This document shows, one piece after another, positions 17,409 through 25,171 of a DNA stretch of 64,000 nt. The stretch's first letter is position 1. The number at the start of each line of letters is the position of its first letter. Origin of the DNA: a virus (Duplodnaviria > Caudoviricetes); the IMG/VR virus record IMGVR_UViG_3300044693_000229, positions 3,963 through 67,962 of that record, one strand, 5' to 3'. Both the position numbers and the translations under genes were made by a program. The notes beneath the pieces were generated by a model that was not told the origin of the DNA, ran no database searches, and saw only the letters and a program-made list of their open reading frames with translations.

Positions 17409-17582
17409 TCAGATTGCGTCACGTTTGGCTTTCACCGCAGCGATATATTCAGGCTTGTTTTGCGGAGTCTCGCGCAAGTGAAAATCGTCAGTGCACAGCT
17501 CTATTTCGCCTTCAAACTGCATTGCTGGGTGCCTATGAGGCGCATCGCTTCCGCAGGTTTTGCATTTATAGATCATCTTCAT
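17409..17582 (-). CDS. Small cassette-array protein, Cys/His-rich
   Basis: MKMIYKCKTCGSDAPHRHP...CTDDFH; repeat-associated start. Confidence 0.6.
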   Translation of the reverse strand: MKMIYKCKTCGSDAPHRHPAMQFEGEIELCTDDFHLRETPQNKPEYIAAVKAKRDAI

Positions 17583-17610
17583 TTCCTCAATGTTGGCCGT
17601 GGAGGGTTTG

Positions 17611-17820
17611 TCACATCTCAATCGGTTTCTTGCGAACTTGGTTACGCCAAAATGCCAGCTCACCGCGCAGCATTTGGCCTACTTCCGAATTAGCCTTGAA
17701 GCGTTTGATTGTCGCTTGCAAATTTTCGATGTAAGCGCGAGCGTACGCAGTGCCCTCGCGCTTGAATACTTCGCGGCCTTCGCGGATTCCCTCAAGATAA
17801 GCTTGCGTAACTTCGTTCAT
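17611..17820 (-). CDS. Small cassette-array protein
   Basis: MNEVTQAY start after a repeat copy. Confidence 0.6.
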   Translation of the reverse strand: MNEVTQAYLEGIREGREVFKREGTAYARAYIENLQATIKRFKANSEVGQMLRGELAFWRNQVRKKPIEM

Positions 17821-17841
17821 GGGCTTCAGTCTCAATGCTGG

Positions 17842-18048
17842 CTATCTGTGGCCGTTGAATTCATCAGTAAAGGCGGCTTCGACGCCAAGGAGCCTGACGA
17901 GATTGAGCACGGTTTTCTCGCACTTTTCGCGCGTGGTTTCCTTGCTCCATCGCTGTTCAAAGCCTCTGCCGTCTATCCATACCCATCCTCCCCAAACTTG
18001 GGCGGCATAGCCGGGGACGTCGTCGATTGATTCGATTTTGATAGTCAT
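17842..18048 (-). CDS. Small cassette-array protein
   Basis: ORF between two repeat copies. Confidence 0.6.
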   Translation of the reverse strand: MTIKIESIDDVPGYAAQVWGGWVWIDGRGFEQRWSKETTREKCEKTVLNLVRLLGVEAAFTDEFNGHR

Positions 18049-18087
18049 GGTATTGACTCGATAGAGGCCGTCCGTGGCCGTGGGTGA

Positions 18088-18294
18088 TTAGACTTCCTCG
18101 GCGAACCGTACGAATCGCCCGTGAGCATCGAACTCGCCGTCGATCATCAGATCAAATAGTTCAGCTTCAGCTTCGGCCAAGCATTCGAGCTCTACTTCGT
18201 GGCTCATGCGACCATTCGGATAACGGCGATTATCCTCGGCCAGATGGCGCTTGCAGTTGTCGATGCGGTCTTTCAGGAATTCGGAGCGTGTCAT
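18088..18294 (-). CDS. Small acidic cassette-array protein
   Basis: ORF between two repeat copies. Confidence 0.6.
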   Translation of the reverse strand: MTRSEFLKDRIDNCKRHLAEDNRRYPNGRMSHEVELECLAEAEAELFDLMIDGEFDAHGRFVRFAEEV

Positions 18295-18342
18295 GGGTTT
18301 GGTCTCAATGCTGGCCGTCCGTGGCCGTAGATAATAGTCAGA

Positions 18343-18516
18343 TTAGACCGCGATTTTGATCGGTGCGGCTATCACATCGCGGCCTGCACGCTTCAGGCGC
18401 TTGACGATGCGCATTGCGCGAGCACGATCAATTACCCGTCCGCCAAAAATCACTTTGCTGTAACAACTACCATTGATGCCATATTCGCGGATGCTGTAGA
18501 GCGTCTTGGTCTTCAT
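18343..18516 (-). CDS. Small basic cassette-array protein (57 aa)
   Basis: Hand translation MKTKTLYSIREYGINGSCYSKVIFGGRVIDRARAMRIVKRLKRAGRDVIAAPIKIAV; between two repeat copies. Confidence 0.6.
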   Translation of the reverse strand: MKTKTLYSIREYGINGSCYSKVIFGGRVIDRARAMRIVKRLKRAGRDVIAAPIKIAV

Positions 18517-18545
18517 GTCTGCGTCTACCGTGGCCGTGGGTGGAT

Positions 18546-18755
18546 TTATTTGATGTAGTACCGCTCGATGCCCATGTCGTCAGTGAGCACGCGGACAAAG
18601 CCGCTCATCGCGCCCCATCCGATGACGACGGTGCGACGGTCGCCTACGTACAGCTCGCGGCCGCATTTGTCGGCGTAGGTATTGCTGCCAGGTACGCGCT
18701 CCACGCGGGCCAGCTCCAGGGTTCCATCGTCGTTAATTGCAAGTGCGTCGATCAT
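18546..18755 (-). CDS. First protein of the cassette array
   Basis: Follows a promoter; GAGA RBS. Confidence 0.6.
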   Translation of the reverse strand: MIDALAINDDGTLELARVERVPGSNTYADKCGRELYVGDRRTVVIGWGAMSGFVRVLTDDMGIERYYIK

Positions 18756-18790
18756 GGCTATTCTCTTGGGTTCTGTGTCCTAGTGGATAC

Positions 18791-18818
18791 AGGCTACCAC
18801 GGATTTCCGGTCTGTCAA
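18791..18818 (-). promoter_or_regulatory. Sigma70-like promoter TTGACA-N16-TAGCCT heading the array
   Basis: Consensus -35; weaker -10 and short spacer. Confidence 0.5.
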
Positions 18819-18821
18819 CAA

Positions 18822-19145
18822 CTATTTTGCGTCGACCGCCCGCGGCACCGTCACTGTAAATTTGTGCTTCGCATCATGCGGCTTGTCGGCCGGCGCAATG
18901 GCCTTCCCCGCGGCAGACATGGCCGCTAGGCGGACCTTGAGTCGTATGGCCTCGCCGCGCACTGTCAAATCGTGTAGGACGAGGCCGCGCGTGCGCTCCT
19001 TGAGCAATAGGCGTCGTTGGGCCGGGAGCAGCTCACGCGTCCAGGGGATCGGGCACAGGAGGCCAATGGCGTTTTGCACGCGGACCATTTGCCGCATGAA
19101 ATCAGCGTTTTTGGCGTGATCGGGGGCGAGTGCGGTCATGATCAT
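18822..19145 (-). CDS. Hypothetical basic protein
   Basis: ATGA overlap. Confidence 0.55.
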   Translation of the reverse strand: MIMTALAPDHAKNADFMRQMVRVQNAIGLLCPIPWTRELLPAQRRLLLKERTRGLVLHDLTVRGEAIRLKVRLAAMSAAGKAIAPADKPHDAKHKFTVTVPRAVDAK

Positions 19146-19297
19146 TCTTCCTCGTCATGACGCGTATCGCGCTCGGTCAATAGCACATCATCGCCAGGCT
19201 TGTAATGTGAGCTTGCCTGGCGCATGGCATCGGCAAATCCTTTGGCCTTGATAAACGCTCTGAACTGTCCGTTGACACGAAGGGTATAGGTTCTCAT
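19142..19297 (-). CDS. Hypothetical protein
   Basis: MRTYTL start just after the upstream stop. Confidence 0.5.
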   Translation of the reverse strand: MRTYTLRVNGQFRAFIKAKGFADAMRQASSHYKPGDDVLLTERDTRHDEEE

Positions 19298-19310
19298 CGC
19301 TTGCAATGTC

Positions 19311-19658
19311 CTATATAAAAGTTTCGGACTTGGCCAGTCGGTCACGAAGACGGAAACCAAGCAGTGGCCAAATTTTGGCGATGGCGTTCTGCCGAGCAAT
19401 TTTCTGACCAAGTTCAAAATTGAAATTTTCGGAACTGGCACAGGCCGATTCACCGGAAACAGTGAACCCGTTTTTCAAAACTAGTAAACAGAAAATAATA
19501 CGGTTGAACGATTCGAATTGCGGACATCCAGCTGTCGCTTTAGCCGCAGTGAAGAAATATTCGCCAACGATTTCGGCTTCGATATCGGTCGAAGTAATGC
19601 GCGGCGCAGTAAGACCTTTGTCTTGGATTTCTTGCTCGATTGTTTGATCGTTGTTCAT
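19311..19658 (-). CDS. N4 gp49/Sf6 gp66-family protein, candidate nucleotide-signal sponge
   Basis: APRIT..DIEA, FCLLVLKNGFTVSGESACAS.ENFN.ELG.KIARQNA..KIWPLLGF family signature. Confidence 0.8.
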   Translation of the reverse strand: MNNDQTIEQEIQDKGLTAPRITSTDIEAEIVGEYFFTAAKATAGCPQFESFNRIIFCLLVLKNGFTVSGESACASSENFNFELGQKIARQNAIAKIWPLLGFRLRDRLAKSETFI

Positions 19659-19698
19659 TTCGAATCCTTCATTGATAGTTTAAGTAAGGGACGGAAAC

Positions 19699-20025
19699 TC
19701 ATCGCTTGCAATGTCCAATGTCGAAGGCGTCCCACGACCCAACGAAATCCGTCAGCGCGGCGGCCTTGTGAGGATTGTCCCCGTATTTGGGTGGATACTT
19801 GACGGAAGAATACAACCAATCGGGGCGGTTGGTGATGGGGTTGTGGAAAAACTGCCGATGGATCTTGTTGGATTTTCGAAGTTCGTCTAGATGCCGGCGA
19901 AGGTCGGAACGATTGACGAACAGTTCGTTAGATAGCTGCTGCGTTGTCTTTTCAACGTGTCGCAATGACGAAAGAATGCGTTCAGAGCAAATTGGTTTCA
20001 TTGGTGTCAAGCGTTTCTTTTCCAT
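19699..20025 (-). CDS. Winged helix-turn-helix DNA-binding protein
   Basis: ILSSL...TTQQLSNELFVNRSDLRRHLDEL. Confidence 0.6.
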   Translation of the reverse strand: MEKKRLTPMKPICSERILSSLRHVEKTTQQLSNELFVNRSDLRRHLDELRKSNKIHRQFFHNPITNRPDWLYSSVKYPPKYGDNPHKAAALTDFVGSWDAFDIGHCKR

Positions 20026-20188
20026 AGGGGTTATAGCCCCAAATCAAACGGAAAATGACAATGACCAGGAAAAACACAAGTGCTCCTAGAAAGAACCCGA
20101 AGGCGCCAAGCAATAAAATAAAAACGCGCGGCGCAAAGAAAATCAACGAGAACATCATGGCGCACAGCACATAGACGAGAATCTTCAC
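19982..20188 (-). CDS. Small membrane protein
   Basis: Continuous hydrophobic stretch of about 45 residues (two TM). Confidence 0.6.
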   Translation of the reverse strand: MKILVYVLCAMMFSLIFFAPRVFILLLGAFGFFLGALVFFLVIVIFRLIWGYNPYGKETLDTNETNLL

Positions 20189-20832
20189 GATTGTTGCTCC
20201 GGATTTCCAGGAGGTGGCGAATCAAAATGAAGTGCGCTTTTTGCCGCCTGTTTGGCACGTATCTTTTCCATGTTTTCGGGGCGCATGATGCGCTCCAGTT
20301 CACGATTTCCTTCGTCATGCATGGATAGGCCGGCCACATGACAAAACCCGGCAAGTGTGATCATGACACCACCAACCTCTTGCGCGGGCTCACCTATAGG
20401 ACGGTTGTAAACATAATCCACTAACGTGGCCACGCGAGACGGATCGTAACCATGTGCTTGCAGGAGTTCCAACACTTCTTCAAGCAGGCGATCGCCGCGT
20501 TCGGTAATGTTTTGATACAGCTTTGGGCGAAAGCATTCGCTCATCCATGCCGCGACGGCTTCTTGGAAGCAGCTGTCGCGCAAGCCTTTCGCATAGCCTT
20601 GCTCTTCCGCTCGGCGCAGTTCAGTTTGGTGTTTCGACTGAAGGCCATAGATTTCGCGGTGCAGATCAGAGTCTTCATCGCGATAACGTTGGTTTTCGGA
20701 TTCAGCGCGACGATATTCGACGATATCAATTTGGCATGCCGGCTTGTGATGAATGGCAGTGCCGAAATGCAGTGCCGCTTGATCGGTGTCCGTAAACACT
20801 TCACCACAAAGAAAACAACGCCATTCGATCAC
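20185..20832 (-). CDS. Zinc finger and coiled coil fused to a MazG-like all-alpha NTP pyrophosphohydrolase domain
   Basis: CFLC...HFG at the N-terminus; RLLEEVLELLQA and QEVGGVMITL acidic helices; GTG start overlapping the upstream TGA. Confidence 0.55.
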   Translation of the reverse strand: MIEWRCFLCGEVFTDTDQAALHFGTAIHHKPACQIDIVEYRRAESENQRYRDEDSDLHREIYGLQSKHQTELRRAEEQGYAKGLRDSCFQEAVAAWMSECFRPKLYQNITERGDRLLEEVLELLQAHGYDPSRVATLVDYVYNRPIGEPAQEVGGVMITLAGFCHVAGLSMHDEGNRELERIMRPENMEKIRAKQAAKSALHFDSPPPGNPEQQS

Positions 20833-21035
20833 GGCAGCAGCTCCTTGACAACGTGTTGGACGATCGAACCGGACACAATGGTCACCGATATTTCTTTGTC
20901 GGTGCGAGCCAAAAATGTTTCGGCAAGATCGCGTTGATGTTGCATGAACTTGCGTGCCTCGGCAATGGCTTCGGCGCGAGTTTTGCGGCCATTGCAAAGG
21001 TATACGTCATCGACTCTTGTAAAGATGTCAGCCAT
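20829..21035 (-). CDS. Hypothetical protein
   Basis: GAGA RBS. Confidence 0.55.
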   Translation of the reverse strand: MADIFTRVDDVYLCNGRKTRAEAIAEARKFMQHQRDLAETFLARTDKEISVTIVSGSIVQHVVKELLP

Positions 21036-21046
21036 GGTTTTCTCTA

Positions 21047-21238
21047 CTAGGATTTTTCGTAAACGCGATTAACAATCCATCCGAATTTGTCGGAGATTTC
21101 TTCTGCCGCGCTGCAAGCCTGTGAATAACGCATCGACAAGATCGGAATGGAGATTATCGCTTCACTTTTTGGCAAAATAAATTCGGCCAAAAATTCACTT
21201 GGCATAACGTTTTCGCTTGTCTTGACATTAACCATCAC
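21047..21238 (-). CDS. Hypothetical protein
   Basis: GTGA overlap. Confidence 0.5.
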   Translation of the reverse strand: MMVNVKTSENVMPSEFLAEFILPKSEAIISIPILSMRYSQACSAAEEISDKFGWIVNRVYEKS

Positions 21239-21501
21239 TTCGGCTCCGACACGCGCACGCCCTTATTTTCCAGCAACGTCACAATGGCCTGCCGGCGTTG
21301 TTTCAGGATATCGAGAACTTCACTCCATTCGATAGCAATGCCGTCATGGCAAGTAATGGTGACGCGTTCGGTTTCGTCGATGCCGGAAAAGGCTTGGATA
21401 TCGATTTGTGCCTTGACATATTTCTCGCACAAATCGCGCAACTCGGCGACGGCTTCAACGCTGCGGACCATGATGCCGGTAGTGGGTTGTTCGACGTTCA
21501 T
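21235..21501 (-). CDS. Hypothetical protein
   Basis: GAGA RBS. Confidence 0.55.
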   Translation of the reverse strand: MNVEQPTTGIMVRSVEAVAELRDLCEKYVKAQIDIQAFSGIDETERVTITCHDGIAIEWSEVLDILKQRRQAIVTLLENKGVRVSEPK

Positions 21502-21575
21502 AATACATTCTCGTTGGTTCTTGAGTGATGGGCCGAGCGTCGGCCGCCCGGCCGTCCTTGGTCAGTCTAAGCTCA

Positions 21576-22148
21576 TCAGTGCGCGGCGCGCAACTCCGAT
21601 GCCGTGGGTGTGTGCTCGGTAGCCCAGGCGTCGCATTGCGCATCCGACAGTCGGCGTTCCGCACGGCAAACATCCACATTCATCTCGTGGATTTCGGCAA
21701 GCTCGCCGTTGATGGCTTGTCCCTCAAATCCAGGATGGTTTTTCGCCAGCGCCTCCAGGGCGAACGCCAGGCGATCACGGTAATCAGCTGATCGCAGGTT
21801 GTAACACTGCTGATCGCCATGGCCATGGCCGGCTACGATGGCAGCGCCAAAGGCCGCGGCACCGACTTGGGACGTCGAATCGCAATTGTCCTGGGCCGCG
21901 CTGGAAGCGTAGCCGCCGACCATCAAATCCGGCGATACGCCGCTGACGTGTTGGCTGGAATGGGTATTCGCTGGGACGTTGGTAACGGGCGCATAGGTGA
22001 GCGCTGATTGCGCGCCGGCCGTCTGCGACTGGTGCGGGGATGCGTTGGCCATGCTGCTGGATTGACTGCCGGAAATGGCGCCAGTCTGCTGCGCCTGGGC
22101 AATGCCGGAAAGGAGGAAAAGCCCTACAGCGAAAAGAACGGTCTTCAT
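21576..22148 (-). CDS. Secreted protein, Ser/Gln-rich N-terminal half and four Cys
   Basis: Signal peptide MKTVLFAVGLFLLSGIAQA; DNC...GAAAFGAAIVAG...CYNLR...C...C. Confidence 0.7.
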   Translation of the reverse strand: MKTVLFAVGLFLLSGIAQAQQTGAISGSQSSSMANASPHQSQTAGAQSALTYAPVTNVPANTHSSQHVSGVSPDLMVGGYASSAAQDNCDSTSQVGAAAFGAAIVAGHGHGDQQCYNLRSADYRDRLAFALEALAKNHPGFEGQAINGELAEIHEMNVDVCRAERRLSDAQCDAWATEHTPTASELRAAH

Positions 22149-22188
22149 GGTAGTATTACCCCTGGTTGGGTAGGTGAGTGGTCCTGCC

Positions 22189-22222
22189 AAAAGGGGCGCC
22201 GGTCATCTGGCGCCCCTTTTTC
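22189..22222. terminator. Bidirectional terminator hairpin between the two secreted-protein genes
   Basis: AAAAGGGGCGCC-N8-GGCGCCCCTTTTTT. Confidence 0.8.
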
Positions 22223-22245
22223 ATGGGTGCTGCGTTACGAGATCC

Positions 22246-22668
22246 TTACAGACCGCCCCAGCCGCTAAGGGTGCCGAAGCCGCCTGTGGACCCGGACAAA
22301 CCCCAGCTGCCCGCCGATGCGCCACCCGACGCCTTACCGCCGCCGGTCTGCCGCGATACCACCGATGCGCCGGATTGGCTCTGAAAGCCCGATTGCTGAT
22401 CGACACCCCCATGGCCGAACGTACCGCCGGCAACGGCTTCGCCGGTCGTGATGGATTGACTCATGACGCTTGCGGACCCGTTGCCGGTGCTGCTGACGCT
22501 GGCGCTGCTGGAGCCCTGGGAAAACGTGGCCGCGCCGGACAGTTGACCGCCTACGGAAACGCCGGAACCGCCGCCGGAATGGTCGTGGGCGGCGGCGGGC
22601 GTGGAGACGAGGAAGGAAACGAGCATGGCCACGATCAAGGCCAACAGCAAATGAAAACGCGACTTCAT
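22246..22668 (-). CDS. Secreted Gly/Ser/Gln-rich low-complexity protein
   Basis: Signal peptide ending PAAA; mature part almost without charged residues; GAGG RBS. Confidence 0.7.
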   Translation of the reverse strand: MKSRFHLLLALIVAMLVSFLVSTPAAAHDHSGGGSGVSVGGQLSGAATFSQGSSSASVSSTGNGSASVMSQSITTGEAVAGGTFGHGGVDQQSGFQSQSGASVVSRQTGGGKASGGASAGSWGLSGSTGGFGTLSGWGGL

Positions 22669-22794
22669 GATAAACACCTCACTGTGATTGGGAGAAAGCC
22701 GCTTACGGATACGGCGATCCAGACGGCATGCCTGGACCCGAAAACATGAAACCGATGGAGCAATTATTCTGGAGTGATTCTGAACGTAGGGCGT

Positions 22795-22823
22795 ATCCTA
22801 ACGTTTACTTTCGGCCGACGCAA
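22795..22823 (-). promoter_or_regulatory. Sigma70-like promoter TTGCGT-N17-TAGGAT
   Basis: CGTTAGGATAC motif; would drive the secreted pair. Confidence 0.6.
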
Positions 22824-23052
22824 TAGCAAATTTCAAATCAAGTGCGGTCACTATTTTGGCGATGGTTTCAAAGCGCGGTTGGGCGCCAGGTCGAAAAGGC
22901 TTGTAAAGCGCCTCGCGCTGCAATCCGGTGCGTCGCGCAATCTCGCTCATGCCGACCTTGCGGCATTCGTCTGAAAGAATCTGAAGAAAGGCCGACTGAT
23001 CGTCATTCATCAGGGCTTTGTTGATATCGCGGATTTGCATTGCGGTGGTCAT
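22798..23052 (-). CDS. Xre-family HTH protein resembling HI1420-type addiction-module antitoxins
   Basis: GMSEIARRTGLQREALYK...PRFETIAKIVTALDLKF. Confidence 0.75.
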   Translation of the reverse strand: MTTAMQIRDINKALMNDDQSAFLQILSDECRKVGMSEIARRTGLQREALYKPFRPGAQPRFETIAKIVTALDLKFAIASAESKR

Positions 23053-23055
23053 AGT

Positions 23056-23223
23056 CTAATTGTCCAGATCAATAATGCGAGTACACCAACCAACCTTAGC
23101 ATTTTCTTGTAGCCAAGAATCGGCCTTCTCCACCGACTCAAAAACTCGATTGTCGCCGTACTCATCGACAAGAATGCTCGCTAATTCTTCGTCATCAACA
23201 TTCATCAAGATAATTGCGCTCAT
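23056..23223 (-). CDS. Small acidic hypothetical protein (55 aa)
   Basis: Hand translation MSAIILMNVDDEELASILVDEYGDNRVFES...; ATGA overlap. Confidence 0.55.
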   Translation of the reverse strand: MSAIILMNVDDEELASILVDEYGDNRVFESVEKADSWLQENAKVGWCTRIIDLDN

Positions 23224-23471
23224 ATCGTTTGCCCTGTAAGGAAATGCTGCGTTTCGATGTACTTTAGCAGCTTATTCAAGGCTGCTGTTTCCATATCCCA
23301 TGCTTTGCGCGATCCAACACCGGTCTTTTGACTGATTGCGGCATAGCTGTAACCCTGCGCACGCAATTGGATGATTTCCGTTTCCTTCTGCGTTAACGTT
23401 GGCAATGCGAAGGCCGCATTGTGACGTTTGCGCTGGCGATAGGTGGGCGCGACGGTCACGAAACGACCCAT
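23220..23471 (-). CDS. LuxR/sigma region 4-like HTH protein
   Basis: LTQKETEIIQLRAQGYSYAAISQKTG. Confidence 0.7.
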   Translation of the reverse strand: MGRFVTVAPTYRQRKRHNAAFALPTLTQKETEIIQLRAQGYSYAAISQKTGVGSRKAWDMETAALNKLLKYIETQHFLTGQTI

Positions 23472-24520
23472 CCTTTTGATTGTTCAATTAGCGCATGAAA
23501 CGTCTTGATCGTCCGCGGCAGCATGGATTTTTCGTTGTCCTTGAGCCACGTCTCAAGCACTTCATGCGGCGGGATTTTTCGTGGCGGCGCATAACTTGTT
23601 TTGTACGATGATGACGCGCTGACGTTGGCGTAATACGCGCTGCCGCCGAGATAGACGGTCATGCCTCGCTTTACCAGCGCATTCAATTCGTCCTGAGTCT
23701 TTGCGATGACTTTTCCTTTGTAATGTGCCTGGAAATGGCGATAGCATGCCTCTTTGATCACGTCTTCAGACGAATATTCCGCCCAACTCAAATCGGCAAT
23801 ATTGTCGTGAATGAGTTGGGCAATTTTGTCGTGCTGACCGGTGGCGAACCAAATATCCTTGGTTGCAATTTTCAAGTCCCAATTGTTCACCGTCTTACGA
23901 TCACGCTCCAATTGAATGTAACGCGGATCGAAGTTGTAACCATACTTCATTTCAGTATCGCAGATGAACAAACCACCGACGTAAAGTTTGCCAGGGCGCG
24001 AAGGCAAGATTTCGCCTCGTGACGTTTTGATTTTGTCAGTCTGATCCGGCTGCATGAATAGACACGAATCGATCACGGCCTGTTGCTCTTCTTCCGTCAT
24101 ATCGCCGATGGCGAATTCGAGCGCATCAGTCTGATCGATCTCATCTTCGAGGATGTGTAGGGTTTCAGTGCCGAACATGGGCGACATGCGGAAGATCGGC
24201 GACCAGCATTTGTCGCCGTTGTAGATCGACAACGTCTTGCCTTCACGCGCGAGCACCAGCATGGCGAGCTTGTAGCCTTCGCCGAATTGTCCGATTTGAT
24301 CATCATCGTCCGCCTTGCTGGTTCGCCCCAAAACCAAAGTGGATGCGTCCAGGCGCACGCCACGGCTGATGATGCGCAGAGTCGATCCGTTAAACGAGTA
24401 TTCGAAAGGAGCTGGCGAATCGATACCGTTTTGGATCAATTCGCGCACGGCTTCCACGACACCCCACGCTTGCACGTAGTTCCGGCACAGCGCGAGTTCA
24501 TAGGTTTTCTTGGCAAGCAT
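23456..24520 (-). CDS. GHKL (HSP90/MORC-like) ATPase-domain protein
   Basis: N-box VRELIQNGID; G-box LGRTSK...IGQFGEGYK. Confidence 0.75.
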   Translation of the reverse strand: MLAKKTYELALCRNYVQAWGVVEAVRELIQNGIDSPAPFEYSFNGSTLRIISRGVRLDASTLVLGRTSKADDDDQIGQFGEGYKLAMLVLAREGKTLSIYNGDKCWSPIFRMSPMFGTETLHILEDEIDQTDALEFAIGDMTEEEQQAVIDSCLFMQPDQTDKIKTSRGEILPSRPGKLYVGGLFICDTEMKYGYNFDPRYIQLERDRKTVNNWDLKIATKDIWFATGQHDKIAQLIHDNIADLSWAEYSSEDVIKEACYRHFQAHYKGKVIAKTQDELNALVKRGMTVYLGGSAYYANVSASSSYKTSYAPPRKIPPHEVLETWLKDNEKSMLPRTIKTFHALIEQSKGWVVS

Positions 24521-24545
24521 GGACGGGCTCCGGTTCTGTAAAATT

Positions 24546-24845
24546 CTAGGGGTTCTGGCGAATCAACTGTAATCGTACAGGCACGCCATGCCGGATTGCA
24601 AGTCGGGAGATATGCCAGCGGATGAAATAGGCGTTTCCGGCCACGATATGGCGCTCTTCATGCCATCCTGGTCCTTGCATGATTCCTCCACGGTAATAGG
24701 CACGTACAACTACGAAACAAGAAATATTGCTGCGATGATCGACGCGTACGATCTCTTCAACTGGGATGGAAATTCGTTTGCTATAGGCATATCGATGCGA
24801 TCTTGTTCGATAGCGTGATTCATGAAGATATAGCGTGACGTTCAT
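24546..24845 (-). CDS. Hypothetical protein
   Basis: MNVTL start with ATGA overlap. Confidence 0.55.
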   Translation of the reverse strand: MNVTLYLHESRYRTRSHRYAYSKRISIPVEEIVRVDHRSNISCFVVVRAYYRGGIMQGPGWHEERHIVAGNAYFIRWHISRLAIRHGVPVRLQLIRQNP

Positions 24846-25171
24846 GCCCAAGCCTCGCGGCGTTCTGCCTCTTCGGCCGTCCAATGGGGATTGTTGACGC
24901 ACCAGCCCGAGCCCCGACGGTGAGGGAACCCATAGTTTTCGCATTGACAAACTCTTTTCTTAGGATGTTCTCTTCGACTGTCGCGATACAAATCAACGCG
25001 CCATGTTTGCGGGGGAGACTTTCCTTCTCGATAAGCTTTCCTGAGCGCTTTTTTCTCGCCGCGACAATGGCAACGAGGAATGCGAATCAAACGGGTAGGA
25101 TGCATGGAAATACGTCGGCGCGCACCACAGAAACGGCAACGACAAGGATAGGAGCGATCACGAATGATCAT
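24842..25171 (-). CDS. Cys/Arg-rich zinc-binding protein
   Basis: CRCRFC, CHC, CQC...HR...WC. Confidence 0.6.
   Translation of the reverse strand: MIIRDRSYPCRCRFCGARRRISMHPTRLIRIPRCHCRGEKKALRKAYREGKSPPQTWRVDLYRDSRREHPKKRVCQCENYGFPHRRGSGWCVNNPHWTAEEAERREAWA

Larger units (their letters stand above)
17150..18543 (-). repeat. Family of intergenic repeats (ACGGCCACGGACGGCCAGCATTGAG-like) separating small ORFs
   Basis: Identical 19-mer at 17150-17168 and 17574-17592; 14-mer at 17829 and 18302; 15-mer at 18072 and 18528; partial copy at 17381. Confidence 0.8.

Noticed and set aside
17150-18543. CRISPR array
   Set aside because: Repeats are degenerate, about 200-270 bp apart and separated by ORFs; no cas genes. 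The 7996-8359 repeats are irregular and bidirectional.
22798-23052. CI repressor or lysogeny module
   Set aside because: No peptidase domain, divergent cro, integrase or att-like context; matches antitoxin-type HTH better.
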